Below are positions 1 through 9,314 of a DNA stretch of 14,251 nt, in pieces; the first letter of the stretch is position 1; each line of letters opens with the position of its first letter. The notes below the pieces were generated by a model, which saw only the letters and a program-made list of their open reading frames with translations, was not told the origin of the DNA and did no database searches. The DNA lies in assembly GCA_043228905.1 (NCBI GenBank), contig JBHGNT010000885.1, positions 1-14,251 of the forward strand. The letters are read 5' to 3'. A program made the translations under genes and the position numbers. This stretch comes from Azolla caroliniana (taxonomy: Eukaryota > Plantae > Polypodiophyta).

Positions 1-1540
1 ATAATGGCGACAACACGCGACTTTAACAAAAATAAAAACTAACAATTTAAAACATGTTCAATTCCAAATACATTAACTGAATCCAAACATGTTAGAAATA
101 TAAACTTTTCATGAATCAAACATTAAGAAAGTAAAAACAACTCCCAAAGACTTATCAAATATGGTGAGGGGTTGGCCAACTATTGCAATTATGCTAGGTG
201 CAAGGCACATTCAAGTGGGGGAATGTATATTGGTTATCATGGCACGCCCCAATTGACAGATACGAACATCAGGAGGAGGGGATGACGCTGGTGATAAAGG
301 CACATCAGATCTCGTCTTCCACCATCAATAACATCCACTCAACTCCCGTAATGCCAATGCTCAAGTTGTGCTGGAATTGGTCAGCCCAATAACACTATGG
401 ATTCTCTTGAAACAACGTTGTAGATGGGTCTTCTCCAATCAAACCGTGCATCAAGCGATGCTATTGCAAGAAATATAGAGTGAGGTTGTAGCCACACGAA
501 AGAGCCAATACGATAGCATCATGAGCGGAAGTGATGGAGCCCAAAGACAACGATTAGCCTTCATCCAATAATGGTTGTCCTTTCCCTTTCTTGAGTTAGT
601 GGGCCTCCACATAGAATAGAACTATTGTGTCCCTACTGGGATTTGTATATCACATCCTCCGTTGTAGAATTTTATAACTAATGGAAGGAGTTTTGTTTTT
701 GTAAAACAAAAACAACTCAAACATGTTATAGAATGAAAAAGTCTAGTGTTTTCCATAGAGTGCATTAAAAAAAAAAAAGAGTTGATGGAAGAATAGTGTA
801 TCACACAACAAACCTTTTTGGAAACTCTATCAATCAATCATCCAACTAGCTTGACCTATAAAAACAATCAAAGATCACAATCAAGTCACACTTTAATGTG
901 TTGAAATGGAAAATTCCATCAAAAGTATCCCAAACAACCCACAACCTCTTAGATTTGAGTTTTTTAAGGCATATATACTTTATGTGTTGAAAGGCCTTGA
1001 TCTCTTTCGCAAGGATGGATGTATGTATGTATGTACATAATGGTTTAAACAATCTAACCAATGCAAATAACGGTAAGCTACAATGGTTAAGTTGATTTCC
1101 ACATTACAATCATGTTCTAGTAAAGTGCAGACATGCATAGAGTGGTAATGTGTAAGAGATTTGGGGGAGAATAATAGTGGTCAAATGGCACTTAGGGGAT
1201 CCTCACCCTTCTCCTAATCCTAAAAGATGAAGAAGTAGGAAAACATCTAGGAATGTGATAATTTGCTAACCTATTAACGATTAGTATATATGGTGTTATT
1301 TAATTTTCCATGGCTTGGGGATGTTAAATACAAATTGTATGCTTCACACCACATACCTTTACTGTCATCTAGTTGGCATTTGTGTTAAGGAGACAAGTCT
1401 CAAGGCAAGGAAAAAGGGTAAGAGGCAAAAGGGAAGAGATGGAGATTTTGAGGCCATAGTAGTGAGAAAGGGTCCAAAATTTACAAAAGATTATAAATGT
1501 TATTTATGTGCTCTTGTATCTTCTTCATTACTAGAGTTAT

Positions 1541-1875
1541 AATCAATTAATTAGTTTTGCGAATGCAGGTTTAGTCATTTTGTAAACACATTTAATTAGC
1601 TATTCATGGTGTATGTTATGTGAGAACACAAATTTCTAAGTGAGCTAGTCCACTTTATTCATACATTCAAGAGTGATTAACACCTTGTCTTGTTGGTCTC
1701 ATCAAGAATTAAGTAATTAATTACTGGGCGAGAATGTTGGTTTAGTTTTTTTGGTTAAACACATTTAATTAGCTATTTAAGGTGTAGAGTGATTGTGAGA
1801 ACACAATTCTATAGGTGAGTTAATACTTCGTTGACACATTCAAGAGTGATCGACACCTTGTCTTGTTGATCTTAC
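1541..1875. repeat. Two diverged tandem copies of a ~173-bp unit
   Basis: AAACACATTTAATTAGCTATT occurs at ~1584 and ~1757. CACCTTGTCTTGTTG occurs at ~1681 and ~1854. TGTGAGAACACAA and ACATTCAAGAGTGAT are also in both copies, all with ~173-bp spacing. Confidence 0.85.
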
Positions 1876-2004
1876 CGCTTAATCCATGTAGCTATGAGTA
1901 AATGACATAACTCCAATTGTATATTAAGTAGGTTAGAACAATAATGAACTTAATAGAGAGTTGGAGATTCATTGATGTGGTAGATCAGCACACATAGCTG
2001 GAGC

Positions 2005-2329
2005 CCAGAACTCATAACCTTGGCCTAAAAGAAAAGATAACAACATGTAGTGACCACAATGGAGGTATTTAGAAGGCAGTGACAAAAGATGGTGTATGTT
2101 TAATGATCGGAACAATATAACCTCCACAAGTTGAAAAGAGATGGGAGGACAACATTTTATGATGGAGCTTTTCAAAACATAGTCACTAAGGGCGATGTAT
2201 GTTTGATGATTGCATTAATAACATAACCTCTGATAATTGATGAGCAACGTGCATGTTTTCAAATTGGCCAACAACATTTGGTGACCATGATGGAGCATTT
2301 TAGAATGTCATAGTAGATGGTGATGTACA
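2005..2329. repeat. Highly degenerate tandem repeat, about 3 copies of ~105-125 bp
   Basis: The ordered motifs ATAACCT...CAACAT...ATGGAG...TGTA recur three times (ATAACCT at ~2014, ~2117 and ~2223). Confidence 0.45.
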
Positions 2330-2658
2330 TTTTTATTTTTATTTCCAAAAAAAACACTACTTCCCATTAGTTAGCAAAAGAAGTACATCAAAGATCAGCC
2401 ATAATCAAAACAACATAATCCCAACCCTACTATTTACAACAAAAGTATCCCGCTAACACTTTGTACATGGTGACCACATATTTACAACTCCTGTCCACTC
2501 ATGGAAGCCAATGGCAGAAACAACTATCTCGGTGCTTGGTAGTTCCATTTAGGCCCTGACGCTGAATTTACCATCATAGGAGAACGACCCCATTTCAGCA
2601 AAAACTTCGACCGAGCCCTTTCTGCTTCATCCGAGTTCCCTTCAATCGAGTTGTATTG
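2330..2658 (-). mobile_element. 5'-truncated LINE-type 3' tail (ORF2-like C-terminus, ~137-nt 3' UTR, degenerate A-tail)
   Basis: The minus strand reads QYNSIEGNSDEAERARSKFLLKWGRSPMMVNSASGPKWNYQAPR*LFLPLASMSGQEL* (stop at 2482-2484). It ends GTAGTGTTTTTTTTGG followed by AAATAAAAATAAAAA. It is clearly homologous to 11079-11536. No clear TSD. Confidence 0.7.
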
Positions 2659-3192
2659 TTACACCAATTGATGAGTAACATGTGTGGTTTCTCAACAATA
2701 AAGAAACATCATCATATTGGTAAAATCCAACACCATCTATGATCCCTTGGGTATTTTTACTCAATTGTCCAACATTGTCTAGTGTAAGTCTCTCAATTTC
2801 TTGGAATTCCGAGCTAGTTATTGTTGTCAATCAATTTAGATCTTGGGCTTTTTACATTATTGCTAGGTCTTTTTTATAGATATTTGTAAAGGAACAAAAA
2901 AAAAGTGTGGCTGGTTTTGAGCCTTGACCTTTATATAATGAAACACGCACATGCACACGTGCACTACAAGAGCCCATGATATGATCACCAAATGGCACTA
3001 TGTGGTCACCCATCCCAACATTGGTGAACTCGCGGAAAGCCTTAAATAGGGGACTCAATAAAAGAGGATTATCTTATGTGTGCGAAAATAACGTAGATAC
3101 CTCACTCACTCACACATGCTTACTAGCTTGTGCTTAACATATGTTTGTACCTTCATAGAATTTCTAGTTAAACCAAGTTCCCTCTTGTTTTC

Positions 3193-3202
3193 AAGTGTTG
3201 AT
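3193..3202 (+). repeat. Left TSD AAGTGTTGAT of the 3203-5174 retroposed element
   Basis: The identical 10-mer occurs at 5173-5182, directly after and overlapping the poly(A). Confidence 0.8.
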
Positions 3203-3376
3203 AGCTATAAGGGTTGTGGAAATGGGCCTAACCGGAAAAGAAAGCGACTTAGAAGAGTCTGGTCAACCATTCCTATTTTTTTGGATGCAACAGGGGAAGA
3301 TGTAAAGTGGAATTATGTTCCACCTCGATGGTTGTTTCCGCCACCAGCGCCATTTATATTGAACACAGCCGTTTAG
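3203..3376 (+). pseudogene. C-terminal fragment of a LINE ORF2-like protein
   Basis: (D)SYKGCGNGPNRKRKRLRRVWSTIPIFLDATGEDVKWNYVPPRWLFPPPAPFILNTAV* aligns with the peptides at 2482-2658 and 11365-11536 (S..G, R, W...P, KWNY..P.W). The ORF2 assignment is inferred from the poly(A)/TSD context and recalled family resemblance, not from a database search. Confidence 0.6.
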
Positions 3377-4480
3377 GATGAGTGCGTGAGGAAAGTGTAA
3401 ACTGTTTTTGTGTTGTAAATACAGGTTTTCCACGGACATTGGCAACAAGCTAATCGACGAGAGGGCTGATGTGGAAAGAAGGAAGAATGTGTAAGAGAAA
3501 AGGATGGGGTATGGTGGCGGGGTCATAGTCGACAATCGTGAGTGGGTGGGGAATTTTTACACTAATTTTTGTTTTTAATACAGGTTTTTCGTCAACAGTG
3601 CAAGATGTTAATCGGCAAGAGGGCTGACGTGGACTGAATGAAGAATTTCTTGTTTTGTGATAAGGATGAGGGAAGATGCGGGGGGGTCGAAGCCGTCTAT
3701 CAGGAGTGAGGAACTTTGAGATTAACTGTTTTGTTATTGATACAGGTTTTTTCGTGGACATTGGTCATGACGATAATTGGCTAGACGGTTGATGTGGATT
3801 GAACGAAGAAATTTTCTGTGTGAAAGTGATAAGGTTGAGTGAAGATGGTGGGGAGGGTGAAGCCGACTATAACGAGTGGGTGAGAAAATGTTTACACTAA
3901 TTTTGTGTTGATCAATACAGGATATGCGTGGACATTGCCACCGTGTTAATTGGTGAGATGGCTGATGTCGACTGTATGAAGAATTTCTGTGTTAAGGATG
4001 AGTGAAGATGGTGGGGAGGGTGAAGCCGACTATAACGAGTGGGTGAGGAAATGTTTACATTAATTTTGTGTTGATCAATACAGGATATGCGTGGACATTG
4101 CCACCGTGGTATTTGGTGAGATGGCTGATGTCGACTGAATGAAGAATTATTGTGTTAAGGATGAGTGAAGATGGTGGGGAGGGTCGAAGCCAATGTGCAG
4201 GAGTGGGTGAGGACATGTTTTAACCTAAGTTTTTGTTGATTATACAAGATATGCGTGGACATTGGAACCAGGTTAATCGGTGAGATGGCTGATGTCGACT
4301 AAAGGAAGAAATATTTGTGGTGAGGATGAGTGAAGATGGTGGGGAGGGTCGAAGCCAATCATCACGAGTGGGTGAGGAATTTTTAGACGGATTTTATTCT
4401 TATCACAGATTTTTGGGGTTTTTGGGCAATGACGTTAATCGGAGACATGACTGATGTGGGTTAAATGAAGAATGGTTGTG
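3377..4480 (+). repeat. G/T-rich tandem array, about 7 units of ~160-175 bp
   Basis: The (T)ACAG marker ends at ~3424, 3583, 3745, 3920, 4083, ~4248 and 4408. Recurrent blocks are GGATGAGTGAAGATGGTGGGGAGGGT, GAGTGGGTGAGG, CGTGGACATTG and GGCTGATGTCGACT. The central units are near-identical and the outer units are diverged. Confidence 0.92.
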
Positions 4481-4517
4481 ATGAGATTATGGTCTAATCA
4501 ATGTATGGCTGTTCTGA

Positions 4518-5108
4518 GTTGGTAGAGATTATCATGGTTGCTTCAAAGTGACAGGTGTTGCAGGGACTGTTTTGGTGTTGTGTTTTCAACGGCAACAGCC
4601 GAGGAAGGTTCAATCTTGCATGGGAAAAGACAGACAAAGATACAAGAGGTTGGACAGATTTATGAGCTTGGAAAGTCAGCTTGAAGAAGACTACGGCCAA
4701 GAAGTAGCAGATTACCTCAATGGCTTGATTGGAGAGAGCAGTTTGTATTACTTAAGTGGTACAAAAGGACATTCACAAGGGAAAATTAAAGGCCAACGAA
4801 CGGGAACAGCTATTGGACAACCAGGTGGTGGTCAACAACTTTAGTACATGCGGAACCAAATGCAAACATGGAGTTTTTAGACTACTAGCCATGATTACCA
4901 CCAAGATATGTATTCACTTGGACCGCAGGAATTTGTTTATAGGTTGAATATGGGTATACTAAAGAGCTTTAGTATATATGGAAGCACATTCAGCCAATGT
5001 TGGCTGCAACATGATGTTGTTAGAGGCCATAACAAATGCCATCATTATTTGGTCCCTTTTTTTACGATATATACTTATGGAGTGGAAACTATTATGTACA
5101 ATTTGTAG
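4518..5108 (+). pseudogene. Decayed ~197-codon reading frame of unknown protein in the LINE 3' cargo
   Basis: ORFs 4548-4844 and 4908-5108 lie in the same frame. They are separated only by two TAG codons (4842-4844 and 4878-4880). No recognisable domain. Confidence 0.35.
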
Positions 5109-5172
5109 ATTGCCTTTGGCATTGTTAATTTTAATACCAATGGAGCATATTTTTTATGGAAAAAAAAAAAAA

Positions 5173-5182
5173 AAGTGTTGAT
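5173..5182 (+). repeat. Right TSD AAGTGTTGAT
   Basis: Matches 3193-3202. Confidence 0.8.
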
Positions 5183-5438
5183 TATCTTTTGAAGTATTCG
5201 TTAATTTAATCATTCCCTATTTATCATGGCAAATTCTTAATATTGGCTTGTTCTCTCTCTCTCTAGATATGATCCTTGCCATGGGATAGGACCCCTCTCA
5301 TAGATAACAATAGGTTTTCAGTGGACATTAAAAAGATATCTATCTATCAATCTCTTGAACACACCTATATAAACACTTGATCCTCTAAAGAACATCAAAT
5401 TATTTAGATGACATTAGAGCATCAATGTTTTTAGTGAA

Positions 5439-5871
5439 TGTTGAGAGATCAAGCTCAACTTAGTTTAGTTAGTTAGTCAACCATGTAACTTCGTAGTTAC
5501 CTAGATAGAATCTAGTTAGAAGTGTTGACTATAACACCTTAAATAGGACCTTGTACTTAAGTGGGATATTCTAGATCCTCAACTCCTAAGTACATTTAAT
5601 GTAGGACTTACACCCTTGTACCTATATTATCCTCACACATGTGCACCCTTGCACTTGAGATCTATATATACTTTATTGTAGGTATTTTTGTATTTGATGA
5701 TAATGATGATAATGCTAATTTAATATAGTTACTCATCCCCCATCTTGTGTTCTTCATAAGTCTCTCTCTCTCTCCCTCTCACACACATATCACTTAATCT
5801 TCTGCTTAACTTAATCTTCTGCTTAACTTAATCACATAATTAGGTACTAATTAATCACCTAATTATTAACA
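5439..5871 (+). repeat. 5' LTR (433 bp)
   Basis: Starts TGTTGAG and ends TTATTAACA. Direct repeat of 8935-9413. Confidence 0.97.
5663..5670 (+). promoter_or_regulatory. Putative LTR TATA box
   Basis: TATATATA in mid-LTR, upstream of a CT-rich tract. Positional inference only. Confidence 0.45.
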
Positions 5872-5883
5872 TGGTATCAAATC
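5872..5883 (+). other. Primer-binding site, tRNA-iMet type (degenerate)
   Basis: TGGTATCAAATC lies immediately after the 5' LTR. The canonical plant sequence is TGGTATCAGAGC (2 mismatches). Confidence 0.88.
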
Positions 5884-6042
5884 GTGTGGTTTAGCACATC
5901 CACTAAACCCATCCGCCTCTTCATAATAGTGTGTTCGAGACGCCAACAACAAAATCCGGCTATCGGCTACCATAGTGCCACTACATAGCACGTGCACGTG
6001 ATCGAAGGAAGAAAAGCAAAAGAAGAGAAGACACTAATCAAC

Positions 6043-8748
6043 ATGAACACACAAATGGGTAGTATGCTCCCTAATGAAAAGCTAGACCGGAGCAATTATT
6101 TATCTTGGGAGTACAAGATAACCCGATACCTCGTCGGCTAAGGGTATTGGAGCTACATCAACGACGCTCAAGAAAATCGACCCGACTCAACGAACGCCGA
6201 CTACTCAACATGGGAGCAAGCGGCCAGTCAAGTCATGTATTGCTTGGCAACATGTGTCCACGACCACATACTTAGCCACATTCAAGACGCCAAGACGCCC
6301 AAAGAGGCGTGGGACAACTTAAAGAAAATGTTCACCGCCAACACAACCGCCCGAAAGCTTCAACTCCAACAAGAGTTGAACAACATTCGGCAAAAAAGAC
6401 ATGTCCGTGTTGGACTACACCGCCAAGATCAAGAGCATTTGCAACTCGCTTGGCTCCATCCAAATAAATGTCGACGAAGATGAGATGGTTCAAGTATGCT
6501 TGGGCAGCCTCGCACAACGATTCGACTCGTTGCAGACGGCAATCTTGGCGAGGGAAAACCCTCCTTCGTTCGTCGACCTTCAATCAATGCCAATGGTTGA
6601 AGAGAACCACGTTCAAACCAAAACCAAGACATCGGAAGGACAAATGTTCTTTTCGAATTTGGATGGTGGCAGAGGAGGAGGTCACGGCGGTAGAAGAGGC
6701 CAATTCGGCCCATCACACGAAGGGAACTCAAACCTTCACGGAAGCCATCGAGGAACCTTCGGAAGAAGGGGGAGCTTCCATACTGAACAAGGTCGGCAAA
6801 TGAGGCCTGCAACTTGCAACTATTGCAGCAAAATCGGCCACCGCGAGAAGGAGTGCCGAAAAAGAAGAAACGAGTCAGCTTCCACAAGTCGACAACTCCT
6901 GAATTACGCTGTCAACTCCGAATACGATGACTACGGCGGACTATTCGTAATGAGACATAGAGCAAACTCTATGACGGCCTCCGACTCCGCAAGCACCTCC
7001 AATTCGGAAGACGTGTGGTTCGTCGATTCCGGCGCCTCACATCACATGACATCCCACAAAGAGTGGTTCAATGACTTGCGTACACCAGATCGACCCAACT
7101 ATATAGAGACGGGAGACGACACCACGCATCCCATTCGACACATCGGCAACGATGACAAGAACAATTGCATCAAGAATATCTTGCATGTGCCCACAATAAC
7201 GAAGAATTTGGTCTCGGTAGGCCAAATCGTGGAGCAAGGAATGGAAGTTCGCTTTAACAAAGAAGGATACTTCATCGAGAAAGATGGCCGACTCATAGCG
7301 AGTGACAGAGAGACGGTTGAATGTTCATCCTCGATTCGAACGAGGTGAAATCGACAATGTACACCAAAGGTCTCAAAACCGAGACCAACATCGAGTTGTG
7401 GCACAAGAGAATCGTCCACATAAACCTTGAACGGCTTCGAGCTATGCAAACAAAGGGAGTCGTCATCGGACTTCCGACCTTCGAGTCGAAACACGTCGGC
7501 CGAGTGTGCGAAGCATGTCAACTCGGCAAACAACGTCAACTCCCATTCCCGAAGGAGAGCCACACGAGCAAAGGCCTCCTCGACATCATACACTCGGATG
7601 TATGGGGACCGGCTCAAACGCCGATGATCGACGAATGCCGATATTACGTAACCTTCATCGACGACTACTCACGCTACGCGTGGATCTACCCGATGAAGAA
7701 GAAGAGCGAAGTGTTCTCCCACTTCCAAAAGCTCAAGGGGCAAGTCGAAAAAGAAACTGGTCGACACATTTGATGCCTACAATCGGATGGAGGAAAGGAG
7801 TACTTCTCCAATGAATTCACCTCCTACCTCAAAAGTGAAGGCATTCGTAGAGAATTATCATGCCGACACACACCCCAACAAAATGGAATCCCCGAAATGA
7901 AAAATCGGCAAATACTCAAGGTAGCATGCGCCATGATGGATGAGAAGCACATGCCGAATTTCTATTGGGCCAAAGCGGCATCCACGGCTGTCTATCTCAT
8001 GAATTGATGCACCACTAATGGAGTGCATGAGCTAACTCTATACGAGCTCCTCGTCGGAAGGAAGCCGATCTTGTCACACCTCAAGGTGTTCGGAAGCCTT
8101 GTGAATGTACGCATCCCAAACGAACAACAACAGAAGCCCGACACGAAGTCGAAGGAATGTATCCTCATAGGATACTCGTCCAAGAAGAAGGCATACAAGT
8201 GCTACAACCCTTCTACCCTAGCGGTTCGGGTAAGCCGAGACGTAGTCTTCGACAAGTCTGCATCCTGGTACGCACCAGAGACAACTACAACTCCGACTTC
8301 GCTCGACCCGGAATCCGTCGAACAAGAGGTAGAAGATGGAGATCGCTTCAAACACATGTTTGAATAAAGTCCGATTACGGCAAAACCTAGTGGGCCATAA
8401 GAGCCCCCATGCAACCCAAGCACGTCGCGGCCAAGTATGAACTTGGACAAAGGCAAAGGTAAGATGCCCGAATACGAAGTCGATCACCCCGACGACAGTG
8501 ATTCGGATGTGTCAGCTCCCTCACTAGACAGTGAGTTCGGTGTAGTACTCTGCGTTGATACCACTGCGTTGATACCACTGCTTGAAAAACTTCGACGCTC
8601 TTCTAGAGAGAAGAATCTCGTCATTCGGCTCGGCTACAACGAGTATATGGCTCATCATTACACCTTCGCCATGGAGGTAGCGGCCGAACAAGAGCCCGAG
8701 AGCTCTACATAAGTGGCTTGTAACCCACGAAGGGTGAACGCAATCAAC
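6043..8748 (+). pseudogene. gag-pol: Copia gag-pol pseudogene: Gag, CCHC zinc knuckle, aspartic protease, GAG-pre-integrase, integrase core and C-terminal region; truncated before RT
   Basis: The ATG at 6043 opens MNTQMGSMLPNEKLDRSNYLSWEYK. Motifs: CNYCSKIGHREKEC (6815-6856), WFVDSGASHHM (D at 7025), LWHKRIVH...CEAC, HSDVWGP (D 7597), SDGGKEY (D 7786), QNGIPE (E 7894, D-35-E spacing) and ILIGYS...AYKCYNP. In-frame stops at 6139, 7318, 7771, 8005, 8365, 8398 and 8710. Frameshifts at ~6392-6397 and ~7303. Confidence 0.95.
8544..8583 (-). other. SMART/ISPCR-type (PacBio ultra-low-input) amplification adapter with an internal 14-bp duplication; technical artefact
   Basis: The reverse complement is AAGCAGTGGTATCAACGCAGTGGTATCAACGCAGAGTACT. 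This is the known AAGCAGTGGTATCAACGCAGAGTAC(T) oligo with 14 nt repeated. Confidence 0.95.
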
Positions 8749-8921
8749 CAATCTCGCACAACAAGCCTTCATCACATGCTTGAGGGGGAGGAACCGAAAC
8801 TGCCACAAAAATGTCGACCCTGAAAGAAACAATACCGGCCATCCAAAGCCAGAGCCAATTCGACCAAATCGAAGATCCGAACGTTGAAAGCCAAAGCGGA
8901 CATCGGATGCCCTGTACTTGA

Positions 8922-8934
8922 GCTTGAGGGGGCG
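8922..8934 (+). other. Polypurine tract adjacent to the 3' LTR
   Basis: GCTTGAGGGGGCG lies immediately before the TGTTGA of the 3' LTR. A second copy, GCTTGAGGGGGAG, is at 8778-8790. Confidence 0.88.
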
Positions 8935-9258
8935 TGTTGAGTGATCAAGCTCAACTTAGTTTAGTTAGTTAATCAACCATATAACTTCATAGTTACCTAG
9001 ATAGAATCTAGTTAGAAGTGTTGACTATAACACCTTAAATAGGACCTTGTACTTAAGTGGGATATTCTAGATCCTCCACTCCTAAGTACATTTAATATAG
9101 GATTTACACCCTTGTACCTATATTATCCTCACACATGTGCACCCTTGCACATGAGATCAATATATATCTCATTGTAGGTATTTTTGTAATTGATGATGAT
9201 GATGATAATGCTAATTTAATATAGTTACTCATTCCCCATCTTGTGTTCTTCATAAGTG

Positions 9259-9314
<56 letters not shown>

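Larger units (their letters stand above)
3203..5174 (+). mobile_element. 5'-truncated LINE-type retroposed insertion with ~1.8 kb of 3' cargo
   Basis: It has a 10-bp TSD (3193-3202 and 5173-5182) and an A15 tail (5160-5174). The tail is preceded by TTTTTTATGG, similar to the TTTTTTTTGG-A(n) end of the other two tails. It starts with the same ORF2-like C-terminal peptide as those tails. Confidence 0.75.

Noticed and set aside
198-3058. Short ORFs (198-392, 622-837, 846-1061, 1315-1542, 1969-2175, 2642-2830, 2852-3058) as host genes
   Set aside because: They are 60-75 aa with no recognisable domains, and several have non-ATG starts. This is consistent with chance ORFs.
3116-3202. N-terminal part of ORF 3116-3376 as a real gene start
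   Set aside because: It lies outside the TSD-defined insertion. The ORF is a chance fusion of flanking DNA with the LINE-like fragment.
3263-3761. Minus-strand ORFs 3263-3535 and 3450-3761
   Set aside because: Low-complexity translations of the C/A-rich strand of the tandem array.
3377-4480. CRISPR-like array
   Set aside because: Whole ~163-bp units are homologous, with no unique spacers. There are no cas genes and the context is eukaryotic TE DNA.
5520-5528. AAGTGTTGA inside the LTRs, matching the LINE TSD
   Set aside because: A 9-bp chance match internal to both LTRs, not at an element boundary.
8551-8578. 14-bp tandem duplication or antisense second PBS (TGGTATCAA on the minus strand)
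   Set aside because: Fully explained by the SMART/ultra-low-input adapter sequence. The resemblance to the tRNA-Met PBS is coincidental.
6332-8954. Antisense and alternate-frame ORFs over the copia interior (e.g. 6429-6887, 7099-7617, 8524-8832)
   Set aside because: These are shadow ORFs of a GC-richer coding region, with no recognisable motifs.
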